Notes: a model not told the origin generated them from the sequence alone. 64,000 nucleotides of DNA from Deltaproteobacteria bacterium (GCA_034670305.1 JAXMNT010000004.1:64001-128000), one strand, 5' to 3'. Counted from the first letter of the stretch, positions 22,157-34,177 are shown. A program made the numbers and translations.

Positions 22157-24862
22157 TCAGAAACTGTTGCCGATCGTGAACTCGAACTTGATTTTCGGTT
22201 CGTAGGAGCGACGGCGGATGGGGATGCCCCATTCGAAACGCAGGGGTCCGAGCGGCGAGAACCAGCGGAAACCGAAGCCCCACGAGGTCCGGATGGCCGC
22301 ATGGACACCGCACGGGTTGGTGGACGGGTCGTTCGTCGGGGTGACGGGACCCTCGCACAGGCGGTTCTCGATGTTCCAGACGTTGCCGCCGTCGGTGAAG
22401 AGCACACCGCGGATGCCGACCTCGGGCAAGATCGCGAACTCGAGTTCCGCCTGGTAGAAGAGCTGGAGGTTGCCGCCGATCGCGACGCCCTCCGAGACCC
22501 CGCCGCCCGCGATCGGAGGCGATGCGTTCGGATCGGTTCGGCGCGGGATCGAGACCCGCGGCCCGAGGCTCTGGAGCGGGTACCCGCGCACATCGAAGAT
22601 GCCGCCGAGTCGGAAGCGTTCGTAGATCGGGACGCCGTTGCGGCCGGTGATCAGACCGAACTGGGCGTTGGCCTTGAAGGTGACCGGGCGCCCTTCCCCG
22701 AGCGAGAAGACCTCGCGGTAGAACCGCACGAAGCCTGTGTGCCGCACGAAGATCTGGTCGGAGCCGAGGAACCGGTCCGCGACCTCACCCGTGTAGTTCG
22801 CGTACCAACCCGCGGTGGGGAACAGCCGGTTGTTGCGGCCGTCCCACGTCAAACTCACCCGAACGGAACTGGTCAAACCGTCGCTGTAGAGGTTCGCGAG
22901 GGGCAGGCGCTGGAACTGGGTGAACCCCGCGCCGCCGCCGCTGGCCGACGAACCGAAGAAGCCGCTCGTGCGCGCGCTGATCTTCACGTTCTCGAGCTGG
23001 TAGCCGACGGAGAAGCGCAACCGCCGGTCCACGATCGGGTGGCCAAGGGTGAGCCCGCCACCGGTGCTGTCTCGGTTGAAGTCCGCGAACTGACGGATGG
23101 TCTTGAACGCATCGACGCCGAGGCTCCACTGGGTGCCGAGGAACCACGGCTCCACGAAACGCAGCTGGACGAACTGGCGGATGCCACTGAGCTGGAGCTG
23201 CAGCGAGAGCAGGTGGCCGTTGCCGAAGAGGTTCTGCTGCTGAACCTGAGCGGTCAGGATGAACTGCTCGATCGAGCTGAAGCCGGCGCCGACCTGGAAG
23301 GTGCCGGTGCTCTTCTCGCCGACCTGGATGTTGATGACGATGCGCTCGGGCGAGGAGCCGGTCTCTTCGCTCAGATCGACCCGTTCGAAGTACCCGAGCG
23401 CGTTGATGCGGCCTCGGCTGCGTTCGATGAGCGTCTGGTTGTAGAGGTCGCCTTCGTTGATCAACATCTCGCGGCGGATGACGCGGTCGCGGGTCTTCGT
23501 GTTGCCGCGGATGTTGATCCGTTCGATGCGGACGGGCGGACCGCGCACGAGGTTGAGCTGCAGGTTCACGATGTTGCGATCCTGCTGCACGTCCATGTCG
23601 GGCGTGAGATCGACCCTCGCATAGCCTTCGTCCCGGTAGACGCGCGAGATCGCATCGATGCCGAGCCGGACCTTCGTCGAGCTGAACCAGTCGCCGGTGT
23701 CGAGTTCGATGTTCTCGCGCAGGTCGTCGCGGAGCGCTTCGATCTCGTTGCCTTCGGCGTCGACTTCGCGGACCGACATGCGGCCGATGCGGAAGCGCGG
23801 CCCCTCGGTGATCGGGATCGTGATGTCGATGTTCTGACGGTCGGATGTCAGCTCGATGCGCGGCGCGCCGACTCGGACCGTGAGGTAGCCCTTGTCGTAG
23901 TACCAAGCCTGCAGCCGGGTGTGATCCTCTTCGAACTTGTCGGCGTTGTAGTGGTCGTTGTCCGAGATGAACGAGAAGAACCCATGCTCGCTCGTCTGCA
24001 TGATGTCGTGGAGGTCTTCGGACGGGATCGAGCGGTTGCCGACGAAGCGGATGCGGCGGACCGTGACCTCCGGGCCCTCTTCGATCGTGAAGCGCACTTC
24101 GACTTCGTCGGTGCGGCTCTCGAGGCGCTTGATCTCGTAGTCGACGCGCGCGAGGAAGTACCCCTCCTCCGCGTAGAGGTCTCGGATCTTGGTGATCTGC
24201 TCGCGGACCGAAGGAATCGAGAGGATCGCGCCTTCGCGGAGGGTGACCTTCTCGTCGATGTCGTCGTCTTCGACCTCGTCGTTGCCCTCGAACACGATGC
24301 GGGCGATGGCCGGCCGCTCTTGGACGCGGATGCGCAGGTCGACTTCGTTCCCGTCGGCGTCGGCTTCGACGATGATGTCGTCGAAGAACCCCATGTCCCA
24401 GAGGGCACGGGCGTCGCGGGCGATCTCTTCGTCGGTGCACGGCAGACCGCGCCGAAGCCGCATGGTCGCGCGGACGTCGTCCGGATCGACCCGGCGGCCG
24501 CCTTCCACCTGGATCTGGCGAATGCGCCGCCCGTGGCAGAGGGTGCGCGGGGTGCTCGGAGGCTGGGTCTGCGGCTCGTAGGGCTCGCCCGTCGGCTCCA
24601 CCGGCTCTTCCGGTTCGGCTTCGGCGTCCGGGTCTTCGCCTTCGGCGTCCGGGTCTTCGCCTTCGGCGTCCGGGTCTTCGCCTTCGGCGTCCGGGTCTTC
24701 GTCGCCCTCTTCGTCGTCGTCCTCTTCGTCGCCCCAATCGTCGCCGTCTTCGCCCTCTTCCTCGACGTCGGGATCGACCTCGGGTTGGGCCACGACATCA
24801 CCCGGTCCGCAAAGCAGACCGAGCGCCAGTAGCGCGAGCAGGAGACGGGAAATACGAAGCAT
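22157..24862 (-). CDS. bamA: outer membrane protein assembly factor BamA
   Basis: POTRA motifs (GNTKTRDRVIRRE), VRGY loop motif, C-terminal SPLGPLRFEWG...FEFTIGNSF. Confidence 0.96.
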   Translation of the reverse strand: MLRISRLLLALLALGLLCGPGDVVAQPEVDPDVEEEGEDGDDWGDEEDDDEEGDEDPDAEGEDPDAEGEDPDAEGEDPDAEAEPEEPVEPTGEPYEPQTQPPSTPRTLCHGRRIRQIQVEGGRRVDPDDVRATMRLRRGLPCTDEEIARDARALWDMGFFDDIIVEADADGNEVDLRIRVQERPAIARIVFEGNDEVEDDDIDEKVTLREGAILSIPSVREQITKIRDLYAEEGYFLARVDYEIKRLESRTDEVEVRFTIEEGPEVTVRRIRFVGNRSIPSEDLHDIMQTSEHGFFSFISDNDHYNADKFEEDHTRLQAWYYDKGYLTVRVGAPRIELTSDRQNIDITIPITEGPRFRIGRMSVREVDAEGNEIEALRDDLRENIELDTGDWFSSTKVRLGIDAISRVYRDEGYARVDLTPDMDVQQDRNIVNLQLNLVRGPPVRIERINIRGNTKTRDRVIRREMLINEGDLYNQTLIERSRGRINALGYFERVDLSEETGSSPERIVINIQVGEKSTGTFQVGAGFSSIEQFILTAQVQQQNLFGNGHLLSLQLQLSGIRQFVQLRFVEPWFLGTQWSLGVDAFKTIRQFADFNRDSTGGGLTLGHPIVDRRLRFSVGYQLENVKISARTSGFFGSSASGGGAGFTQFQRLPLANLYSDGLTSSVRVSLTWDGRNNRLFPTAGWYANYTGEVADRFLGSDQIFVRHTGFVRFYREVFSLGEGRPVTFKANAQFGLITGRNGVPIYERFRLGGIFDVRGYPLQSLGPRVSIPRRTDPNASPPIAGGGVSEGVAIGGNLQLFYQAELEFAILPEVGIRGVLFTDGGNVWNIENRLCEGPVTPTNDPSTNPCGVHAAIRTSWGFGFRWFSPLGPLRFEWGIPIRRRSYEPKIKFEFTIGNSF
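24619..24701. repeat. 21-bp tandem repeat x4 in bamA (EDPDAEG)
   Basis: CTTCGGCGTCCGGGTCTTCGC repeated four times in the acidic N-terminal extension. Confidence 0.9.
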
Positions 24863-24954
24863 TTAGGAAAACGTGCGCGGCTATACGCTTGCCCCAGAGG
24901 GGGGTCAACCGGCGCCCCGCGTCCGAACGCGCAGGATGCGGGGTTGATTCGCGC

Positions 24955-25755
24955 TTATTCCGACTCGGTGGCCGGTTCTTTCGGGGCTCCGTCGACTTCT
25001 CCGTCGTCCGGGCTGGGTTCCGGAGTGGGTTCTCCGATGGGTTTCGGGATCTTGCGCTCGTCCGTCCGGATCTCCCCATCGCGCATGGAGACCACCCGCG
25101 GCATGCGCTCGGCCAGGTCCCGGCTGTGGGTCACGAGCAAGAAGGTCGTCCCGCGTTTCGCGTTCAACTCAAAGAAGAGCCGATGCACTGCGTCGCTGGT
25201 GACGCTGTCGAGGTTGCCGGTCGGTTCGTCGGCGAGCACGAGGGGCGGATCGAGGATTAGGGCCCGCGCCAAAGCCACGCGCTGTTGCTCGCCACCGCTG
25301 AGCTCGCCCGGGCGGTGGGACGTGCGGTGGGCCAGGCCGACCTCCTCCAGCAGCTCTTGGGCGCGCTTGCGGAGCGGTCCGCGGGGTTTGCCGTGGATGA
25401 GCCCTGGCATCATCACGTTCTCGATCGCGTCGAACTCCGGCAGCAGATGGTGGAACTGGAAGACGAATCCCAGCATCTGGTTGCGGAAGAGCGCGAGCTC
25501 GCGGCTCCCGAGTTTGGTGACGTCGCGGCCGGCGTAGTGGATCTCGCCGCGGGTCGGCAGGTCGAGGGTGCCGAGCACGTGCAGCAGCGTGCTCTTGCCA
25601 GCGCCCGAAGGGCCCACGACGCACACCATCTCTCCTCGGGTGATCTCGAGATCGACCCCGCGGAGCACTTCCACCTTCTTGCCCTCGTGCACGAAGGTCT
25701 TCTCCACCTTGCGCGCGATGACGAGTGGATCGCCGTTGGTCGTTGGTTCGGTCAC
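24955..25755 (-). CDS. lolD: lipoprotein-releasing ABC transporter ATPase
   Basis: GPSGAGKS, GFVFQFHHLL, LSGGEQQR, ADEPTGNLD. Lies between lolC/E and bamA. Confidence 0.9.
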   Translation of the reverse strand: MTEPTTNGDPLVIARKVEKTFVHEGKKVEVLRGVDLEITRGEMVCVVGPSGAGKSTLLHVLGTLDLPTRGEIHYAGRDVTKLGSRELALFRNQMLGFVFQFHHLLPEFDAIENVMMPGLIHGKPRGPLRKRAQELLEEVGLAHRTSHRPGELSGGEQQRVALARALILDPPLVLADEPTGNLDSVTSDAVHRLFFELNAKRGTTFLLVTHSRDLAERMPRVVSMRDGEIRTDERKIPKPIGEPTPEPSPDDGEVDGAPKEPATESE

Positions 25756-25762
25756 TGCGGCC

Positions 25763-28288
25763 TCATTGATGTCGAATCGCGTCTAGGGGTCGAAAACGGC
25801 CCGCCAGAATCGCGGGAAAAAGCGTCGCTAGGGCACACACGCCGAGCGCGATGAGACCGACGAGCGCGAACTCGGTGGCGTCCACGTTCACCGGCAGTCG
25901 GTCGATGTAATAGACCTCCGGGTTCACGCGGATCCCGAAGTGCTCGAAGACGAAGGTCACGAGGAACCCGAGTCCGAGTCCTATCGATGCACCGTAGACC
26001 CCGATGAGGATCCCTTCGATCAAGAAGATGACCACGACGCTGCTCTTCGAGGTGCCCATCGCGAACAGGATGCCGATCTCGCGGCCCTTCTCTTGGACCA
26101 TCAAGGTCAGCGTGCCGAAGACACAGAAGCCCGCGATGAGGATGGCGATGCCGAGGGTGACGAACATCGCGAGCTTCTCGAGCGCGAGCGCACCGAAGAG
26201 CCCGCTGTTGAGCTCCTGCCAGTCGCGTACCCGGACGCCGTCGAGCAACATCGCGCCGCGGATTTCGTCGGCCACGGTGCGCGCGCGCTCCACGTCGTCG
26301 ACCTTGATCTCGATCCCGGTGATCGCATCGCCCATGGAGAGGAAGCTCTGTCCGGCTTCCAAGAGCACGTACACGTTCTTCATGTCGTACTCGTACATGC
26401 CGCTGTAGAAGATCCCGGCGACCCGGAAGCGGCGCGACTTCGGCATCGGTCCGGCCGGCCCCAGTTCTCCGAACGGAGAGACGATGTCGATCTCGTCTCC
26501 AAGAAACACCCGCAGCGTACGCGCGAGCTCCTTGCCGATGACCACGCCCGGCAGCACATCGCGCCCCATCGGGTTCGCCGCCCGCGCCCGCTCATTCGCC
26601 GCCGCGTCCCGCAGGAACTCCGCCAAGTCCTCCCGAATCGGAGGCACCACACCCGCGCTGTCGGCATCGGCACCGGATTCGGCATCGGCATCGGCACCGG
26701 TTTCGGCATCGGCCTCGGCCTCGGCATCGGCATCGGCTTCGGCATCGGCATCGGCTTCGGCATCGGCATCGGCTTCGGCTTCGGCATCGGCTTCGGCTTC
26801 GGCATCAGAATCCGAATCGGCTTCAGAATCCCGGCCCTCCAGCACGTCGTCGATCTCCCGAATCAAGCTGCCGTCCTGATCGCGATCGCCCCCCGGTCGA
26901 ATCTCGAGCGGAAGGATCGTGCGGCGCTCTTCGGGGGGAAGATCGAGCAGCCGCTCTGGATGAATGAGGTACTCGAGCCGGCCCCGGGTGAGGTTGGCCT
27001 CGAGGTCCATCACCGCGCCGACCGTCGCCGGATCGATGCCGCGCAACACCGCGCCGGCCCGGTTGGTCGCGGACGTCACCATCACCTCGCCCTGCACCGA
27101 CGGGGTCGCCGCCCCGACGCCCGGCGTGTCGCGCACGACATCGAGGATCGGAGACCAGCCCTCGAAGTGGCCACGTTCGGTGTCCACGACGATGTGGGCG
27201 TTGTTGCCGAGGATCTTGTCCTTCAGGTCGTTGCGGAAGCCGCCCATCACGCTCAACACCGCGCAGAGCATGCAGGTGGAAAACGCCACGGTCGCGATGC
27301 TCAGCCCACTGATGGTGGCGAGGAAGCCGCTCTTCTTCGCGCGCAGGTGGCGCGAAGCGACGAAGCTTCGAAACCCGAACGACTCGATGGTCCGCATGAT
27401 GACCGGCAGGAGCCGCACGAACACGCGGGTGGCGAAGATGGTCGTCACACCGAGGCGGATCATCGGGTGGATGAGCGACTCGATGTCGTCGTCGACCGGT
27501 TGCATCGGGAAGTTCGCCGAGATGAACGTGACGAAGACGACCGCTGCGACCGCCGCTAGGTCGAAGACGATCCAGAACCAGAACCGGAACCGCTGGGGGA
27601 GCAGGAACCAGAGCGTGATCCGCCCGACGCCCTCGAGCGCGCCGAAGACGAGCGCGACGATGGCGCTGATCTGCAGAAGCGACTGCGCCCGGTCGCGGAG
27701 CGAGAGCTGCGCCTCGTCAAGCGCGTTGGTGAAACTGAAGCCGCTCTCGATCGAGACGGCGGCACCGAACGCCAAGAGCAAGAGCGGCACGACCACCACC
27801 ACGACGAATCCAAGATGCAGAAACGCGGCCGCGTAGACCCGGCCCTTGCCGCGGTGGCCCGGCTGGAGCCGGCTCGCGAGCGAGAGCGTGAAGAGCGCCA
27901 GCCCCACATCGAGTGCGGTCCACAGCGCCAGAGGAAACGCGACCGTGGAAGCGCTCGTGCGGACGGCGATCCCGACCATCTGGGGCCAGAGTGCGACGAC
28001 GGCACCGATGGAGCCGACCCACGCCAAGCTGAACAACGCGAATGCCGCAGGCAGCGGACCAAGTCCCGTCCGGGTCGGCAGCCGGTTCGCACGGGTCGAG
28101 ATCCCGAACGCGGTGAGGCTCAGCCCGACCAACGCGACCAGCCAGACCACCAGCCCCATCGGCTCCTGGCGTTGGATGGCGATCGCGCAGCCGATCCCGG
28201 CGAAGACGACGAGCGCCGCGCCGAGGCCCATCTGCACCCTCGCCTTGCTCGAACCAGGCGGATCGGAGCGGATGGTCGTGGCGCCCAC
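25763..28288 (-). CDS. LolC/E-family ABC permease with a long extra N-terminal membrane region and an in-frame repeat insertion
   Basis: RHLRAKKSGF, VLSVMGGF, SGMYEYD, DWQELN, EIGILFAMG and VYYIDRLP motifs in lysS-lolC/E-lolD context. Start is uncertain. Confidence 0.88.
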   Translation of the reverse strand: MGATTIRSDPPGSSKARVQMGLGAALVVFAGIGCAIAIQRQEPMGLVVWLVALVGLSLTAFGISTRANRLPTRTGLGPLPAAFALFSLAWVGSIGAVVALWPQMVGIAVRTSASTVAFPLALWTALDVGLALFTLSLASRLQPGHRGKGRVYAAAFLHLGFVVVVVVPLLLLAFGAAVSIESGFSFTNALDEAQLSLRDRAQSLLQISAIVALVFGALEGVGRITLWFLLPQRFRFWFWIVFDLAAVAAVVFVTFISANFPMQPVDDDIESLIHPMIRLGVTTIFATRVFVRLLPVIMRTIESFGFRSFVASRHLRAKKSGFLATISGLSIATVAFSTCMLCAVLSVMGGFRNDLKDKILGNNAHIVVDTERGHFEGWSPILDVVRDTPGVGAATPSVQGEVMVTSATNRAGAVLRGIDPATVGAVMDLEANLTRGRLEYLIHPERLLDLPPEERRTILPLEIRPGGDRDQDGSLIREIDDVLEGRDSEADSDSDAEAEADAEAEADADAEADADAEADADAEAEADAETGADADAESGADADSAGVVPPIREDLAEFLRDAAANERARAANPMGRDVLPGVVIGKELARTLRVFLGDEIDIVSPFGELGPAGPMPKSRRFRVAGIFYSGMYEYDMKNVYVLLEAGQSFLSMGDAITGIEIKVDDVERARTVADEIRGAMLLDGVRVRDWQELNSGLFGALALEKLAMFVTLGIAILIAGFCVFGTLTLMVQEKGREIGILFAMGTSKSSVVVIFLIEGILIGVYGASIGLGLGFLVTFVFEHFGIRVNPEVYYIDRLPVNVDATEFALVGLIALGVCALATLFPAILAGRFRPLDAIRHQ
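26661..26830. repeat. hexamer tract B, in frame within lolC/E (Ala-Asp/Glu)
   Basis: TCGGCA/TCGGCT units on +, translated as [24 protein letters not shown]. Confidence 0.93.
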
Positions 28289-28293
28289 GGGGT

Positions 28294-29895
<1,602 letters not shown>

Positions 29896-29954
29896 TCTCG
29901 GTCCTGTTCTTTCGCCGTAGCGTGCGTCGCGCGGACACGAGCCCGCAGTCGTCG

Positions 29955-31077
29955 CTAGCTCTTCTTCTTCTTTTGCCGCGCGTCGGCCGTCTTCATCAGG
30001 TAGCTCTCGATGAGCTCGTCCAGGTCGCCGTCGAGGACTCCGTCGAGGTTGCCGATTTTCAACTCGGTCCGCTCGTCTTTGACCATCTTGTACGGCTGCA
30101 TCGTGTACGTGCGCGCCTGGCTGCCGAACGCGATCTCGCTCTGCCCGGAGAGAAACGCTTCTTCGAACGCCTCTTCGCGTTCGCGGCGCTCTTTCTCGAA
30201 GAGCAGACCCCGCAACCGCTTCATCGCGTGGTCGCGGTTCTGGTGCTGCGAACGCTCGTTGTCGGCGCGCACCACGAAACCAGAGGGAATGTGTTCGATG
30301 CGCACCGCGGACTCGGTCCGGTTGACGTGCTGACCGCCCGCACCGCCCGACCGCATCGTCGTGACCTTGATGTCTTCCTCTTTGATCTCGATCTCGATGT
30401 TGTCGTCGAGATCCGGGACCACGCTCACGCCGGCGAAGCTGGTCTCGCGTCGCCCGGAGAACTTGGAGACGCGGATGAGTCGGTGCACGCCGTTCTCCGC
30501 CCGCAAGAACCCGTACGCGTAGGGTCCGCGCACCACCAGCGTGGCCGAAGCGATGCCGCAGACGTCTCCGTCGTGTTTCTCCGCGAGGTCGGTCTTGAAC
30601 CCTTTGCGATCGCACCAGCGGGTGTACATGCGCAGCAGCATCTCGGCCCAGTCCTGGGCATCGGTGCCGCCGGCGCCGGAGTTGACGGAGAGGATCGCGT
30701 CCTGGTCGTCGTCCGGCTCGAGCATGCGCTGGAGCTCGAGGGCCCGCACGCCCGCTTCGAACTCGGGGATCTGCGCGATGAGCTCTTCCAGCTCTTCCTC
30801 TTCGTCCTCGCCCGCGAGCTCGAACATTTCGAGGGTGCCGGTGACATCGCTCATGAGCCGCTCGAGCGACTGGACCAGCCCCTCGGCGCGAGCGCGCTCC
30901 CGCATCATCTTCTCAGCGGCTTCGCGGTCGTCCCAGAAGCCTTCTCTCAAGGAGAGGTTGGTGAGTCGATCGAGCTCATGCTTCAAGCCCGGGAGGTCAA
31001 AGATACCTCCCCAGCGCATCGAGGCGCTGCGCGAGGTCTTGGAGCAAATCCCGACTCTCACCGATGGAAACCGTCAT
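29955..31077 (-). CDS. prfB: peptide chain release factor 2 with programmed +1 frameshift after codon 26
   Basis: ATG 31077 reads [26 protein letters not shown] up to GGG AGG TAT CTT TGA C. The +1 frame continues DLPGLK... and contains GGQ and GVHRL. Confidence 0.96.
30996..31011 (-). promoter_or_regulatory. prfB autoregulatory frameshift cassette
   Basis: Internal SD-like GGGAGG, 3-nt spacer, then CTT TGA C. Confidence 0.95.
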
Positions 31078-31148
31078 GGTTCCGGTCACGTATCGCGGCG
31101 CGGGGCCGTGTCAAGCAGCGGTGGGCTGCGACGGGCTCGGAGATGGGT

Positions 31149-31949
31149 TCAGAACCGGACGGTGGCGGTCGCGACGGCCCCACCGGAGACCGGCTGGACC
31201 ACGACCGTCGTGATCTCGCGCGGCCGGATGAGATCCACGGCGACGAGGACCATGCCCACGGCGCCCACGAGCGCGCCCCCGACGTAGAGCCCGAGCGCCT
31301 GGCGGCGTCGCTGGTCGGCGGACTCCAGGCGATCGGCGGCTTCGGTCCCCGCCTGCACGGTGGCGGGCGGTGGGCCCACGTTGGCGTCGAGCCAAGCCAC
31401 GTCGTCGCGTCCTTTGCCAGCCAGGGCGGCGGCCACACTGACCAGCACCACACCCACCGCGGTCGCACCGATGCCGGCGCCGAGCAGCGCGTAGGACGTG
31501 TCGGTCTGCTCGCGGTCGTGGGTTGCGGGACCGGTCTCGGGTGGATCGACCGCCCCATCCGGCGGACCGTTCTCACCGAACGGGTTGGGTGGCTCGACCC
31601 TCTGCTCGGCGCGCAACTCTGCGCGGATGGTGGAGGCGCGCTCGAGCGCGTGGGCGCGGAACCGCCCGGAGTCGTCGGCCTCCGCGCAGTCTTCGTAAGC
31701 GGCCGCGGCTTCCCGGCGGTGGTCCCCCCAGCGTTCGTAGGTGAGTGCGAGGTTGCAGTAGGTCGCAGCCCGCGGCGCCGCGGCCAGGCTGGCGCGGAAC
31801 GCCGTCTCTGCGTCCGCGTATTGGGCGGTGCGGAGCGATTCGACGCCCCGGTCGAAGTCCGGATCGGCTTGATCGGCCTGGGCCGATGCGAGCCCAGGAA
31901 GCGCGAGCAACGCCGACGCGACAAGGAACTGGGAGAGAACGGACTTCAT
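31149..31949 (-). CDS. secreted/membrane TPR-like protein
   Basis: Signal peptide, TPR-like YADAETAFRASL...YCNLALTYE, two hydrophobic C-terminal segments. ATGA overlap with the kinase. Confidence 0.7.
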   Translation of the reverse strand: MKSVLSQFLVASALLALPGLASAQADQADPDFDRGVESLRTAQYADAETAFRASLAAAPRAATYCNLALTYERWGDHRREAAAAYEDCAEADDSGRFRAHALERASTIRAELRAEQRVEPPNPFGENGPPDGAVDPPETGPATHDREQTDTSYALLGAGIGATAVGVVLVSVAAALAGKGRDDVAWLDANVGPPPATVQAGTEAADRLESADQRRRQALGLYVGGALVGAVGMVLVAVDLIRPREITTVVVQPVSGGAVATATVRF

Positions 31950-33439
31950 GGGTCCTCGATGATGCCACCACGCCACGGCGTGTCGATCACTTCGCCCATC
32001 CACGCGGTCATCTCGGTCATCTCGGCCTCGGTCATCGTCGGTTCCACCACCATGGTCTCGCGCATGCGGGGCCGCATCGATCCCATCCGCACTGTGCCCA
32101 TCGAGAGCGTGGTTTCCATAGACACCACTCCGGTTTCCATCACTGCGCTTCCCACAGACGGCACCGTACGCATGCCCGACTCCGGACGTTCCTCGTTCTC
32201 CAGCAGACCCGCGTCTTCCACCACCGGCGGCGCCACCTCGGTCTCGACCGGCTCGGAGGGACCGGTGGCGATCGGCGCGATGGCAGGCGGCGCCGTCGCC
32301 TGCGGATGGTTGCCCCCACTCCGCCACTGCAAGGTGGCCGCTGCCGCCGCGGCGGTCAGGAGACTGAGCATGAGTCCCACCGTGACCCACAGCCCCCAGC
32401 GCGGTCGCGGAAGCATGATGTTCGCGGTCTCGCTCCGAACGCCCGCAGCAGCGGCGGGTGCCGGCAGCGGAGGCAGTGGAATCTCAGACGCGATGGTCGG
32501 CGGGACCGGCGTCGGCGTGTGCGGCTGCGTGAGGTCCGGCACCTGAAGCGCGCGCTCGATCGTCGGTGGCAACGACACCGGCTCTTCGCCTACGCCCCGA
32601 AGCGTGGAGGGACCGTCGCCCCGAAGCAGCGCGGCGGCGTCGCGGGCGCTCGCCACCCGCATGCGCGGGTCCTTCGTGAGCAGCGCACGAACGGCGGCCG
32701 CGATCGGGGCGGGGAACGACTCGGTGCGCGGCACGGGCGACGTGAGGATCTGATGCATCAAGGCGGCGGTCGACGGAGCCTCGAAGGGCAACTTCGCGGT
32801 GGCCATCTCGTAGAGCACGATCCCGAGCGACCAGAGATCCAGCGACGTGCCAGGACGCGCGCCCTGAAACACTTCGGGCGCGATGTACGGCAACGAACCG
32901 AGCACCTGCTGCGATTGGGTGATGCGGCTCAGGAACGACTCGTCGATCGCCGCGGCCAACCCGAAGTCGAGCAACTTCAAGGGCACTGGCCCTCCAGTGG
33001 TCAGGCCGATGTTGGAGGGCTTCAAGTCTCGGTGCACGATGCCCACCGAGTGCACGTCGTCGAGCGCCTCGCACAGCGCGATGCCGAGCCGAACGACTTC
33101 CTCCATGGCGAGCGGCCCATGCTCGAGCCGGTCGTGGAGCGACACTCCGTCGACCAACTCCATCACGTACCAGGGCCCCACGTTCGGATCGACGCCGAAG
33201 TCCGTGACCTGCGCGACCCGTGGCGAGCGGACCTGCGCGAGCGCGCGCGCCTCCCGCTCGAACCGGGTCACCAACTCTTCCGCCCGCTCGCCGATGCGCA
33301 GGGTCTTGAGGGCAAAGGGCCGGCCCAGGACCACGTGCTCCACCCGGAGCACGGTGCCCATGCCACCCTCCCCAAGCGTGCCCGTGACCGCGTAGCGCTC
33401 CCCGATCACGCTGCCGATCAACGATTCTGCCCCCGTCAT
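31946..33439 (-). CDS. membrane Ser/Thr protein kinase (Hanks type)
   Basis: GEGGMG, ALK, HRDLKPSN, DFG and APE motifs, one TM helix and a Met-rich tail. Confidence 0.95.
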   Translation of the reverse strand: MTGAESLIGSVIGERYAVTGTLGEGGMGTVLRVEHVVLGRPFALKTLRIGERAEELVTRFEREARALAQVRSPRVAQVTDFGVDPNVGPWYVMELVDGVSLHDRLEHGPLAMEEVVRLGIALCEALDDVHSVGIVHRDLKPSNIGLTTGGPVPLKLLDFGLAAAIDESFLSRITQSQQVLGSLPYIAPEVFQGARPGTSLDLWSLGIVLYEMATAKLPFEAPSTAALMHQILTSPVPRTESFPAPIAAAVRALLTKDPRMRVASARDAAALLRGDGPSTLRGVGEEPVSLPPTIERALQVPDLTQPHTPTPVPPTIASEIPLPPLPAPAAAAGVRSETANIMLPRPRWGLWVTVGLMLSLLTAAAAAATLQWRSGGNHPQATAPPAIAPIATGPSEPVETEVAPPVVEDAGLLENEERPESGMRTVPSVGSAVMETGVVSMETTLSMGTVRMGSMRPRMRETMVVEPTMTEAEMTEMTAWMGEVIDTPWRGGIIEDP

Positions 33440-33515
33440 GGACCGGGGAAACCTAACCCCTCCAGGCCGTCGAGTCGAAGACCACGTGGGGTTCAGAGAG
33501 AAGTGAGCGGCTGGC

Positions 33516-33908
33516 TCAGCTTCCCTTGAGCAGCTTCTCGAGGAGGACCGGGCCGAGACTCTCGCGCATCAATCCTTCGACGATGGATTCGATCTTGGTG
33601 CGATCGGCCTGCGATTCGTACACGAATCCGATGCCCATCCCAGGTTCCTCGTCCACGGCATCCTCTGGGCTCAAGATCCACTGGACCTTGCCCCGCAGTT
33701 CCAAGGCCGCGTCGAGTTTGGGAACCACCAACACGAACCGGAACTCCGTCCCGATCGGCAAAGGGCGGGCGGTCCGGATGAACGTTCCCCCTTTGGAGAT
33801 GTTCTTCGTGTAGTCGGCGAAGAACGAGTTCAGCCGCTTGTATTCGACCTTGAGTTCGATCGGGAGACGGGTCTTCGTTCGACGGTCTGATTCGTCTTCG
33901 GGGGTCAT
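33516..33908 (-). CDS. PilZ-like domain protein (TIGR02266-like)
   Basis: RRTKTRLP (RxxxR), NISKGG and PGMGIGF motifs. Confidence 0.85.
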   Translation of the reverse strand: MTPEDESDRRTKTRLPIELKVEYKRLNSFFADYTKNISKGGTFIRTARPLPIGTEFRFVLVVPKLDAALELRGKVQWILSPEDAVDEEPGMGIGFVYESQADRTKIESIVEGLMRESLGPVLLEKLLKGS

Positions 33909-34177
33909 CGGGGGGTCACGGGAGAGAGTATTCCCACGTTGTTCGTCTTTGGGTCAAAAGGTTGGCGGCGTGCTGGGGTCGTAGCTGCGTGTTGTCCTGT
34001 TCCTCCACGCACGCTCCGCGTGCCGAAGGTGTTGCGAGCGTGTGCCCGCCGACCTCCGCCCCCATCCCCACGGTACCCTGTTCAGGGGCAATTGCGCCCG
34101 GGTACGGCCGTGGTCAGGGGTCCGTGGACCGCACGGAGGTTCTCTTGCGCGGGAACTTGTGGGATGAATGCGGACGC

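Noticed and set aside
29955-31061. prfB as truncated or a pseudogene
   Set aside because: Explained by the canonical programmed frameshift
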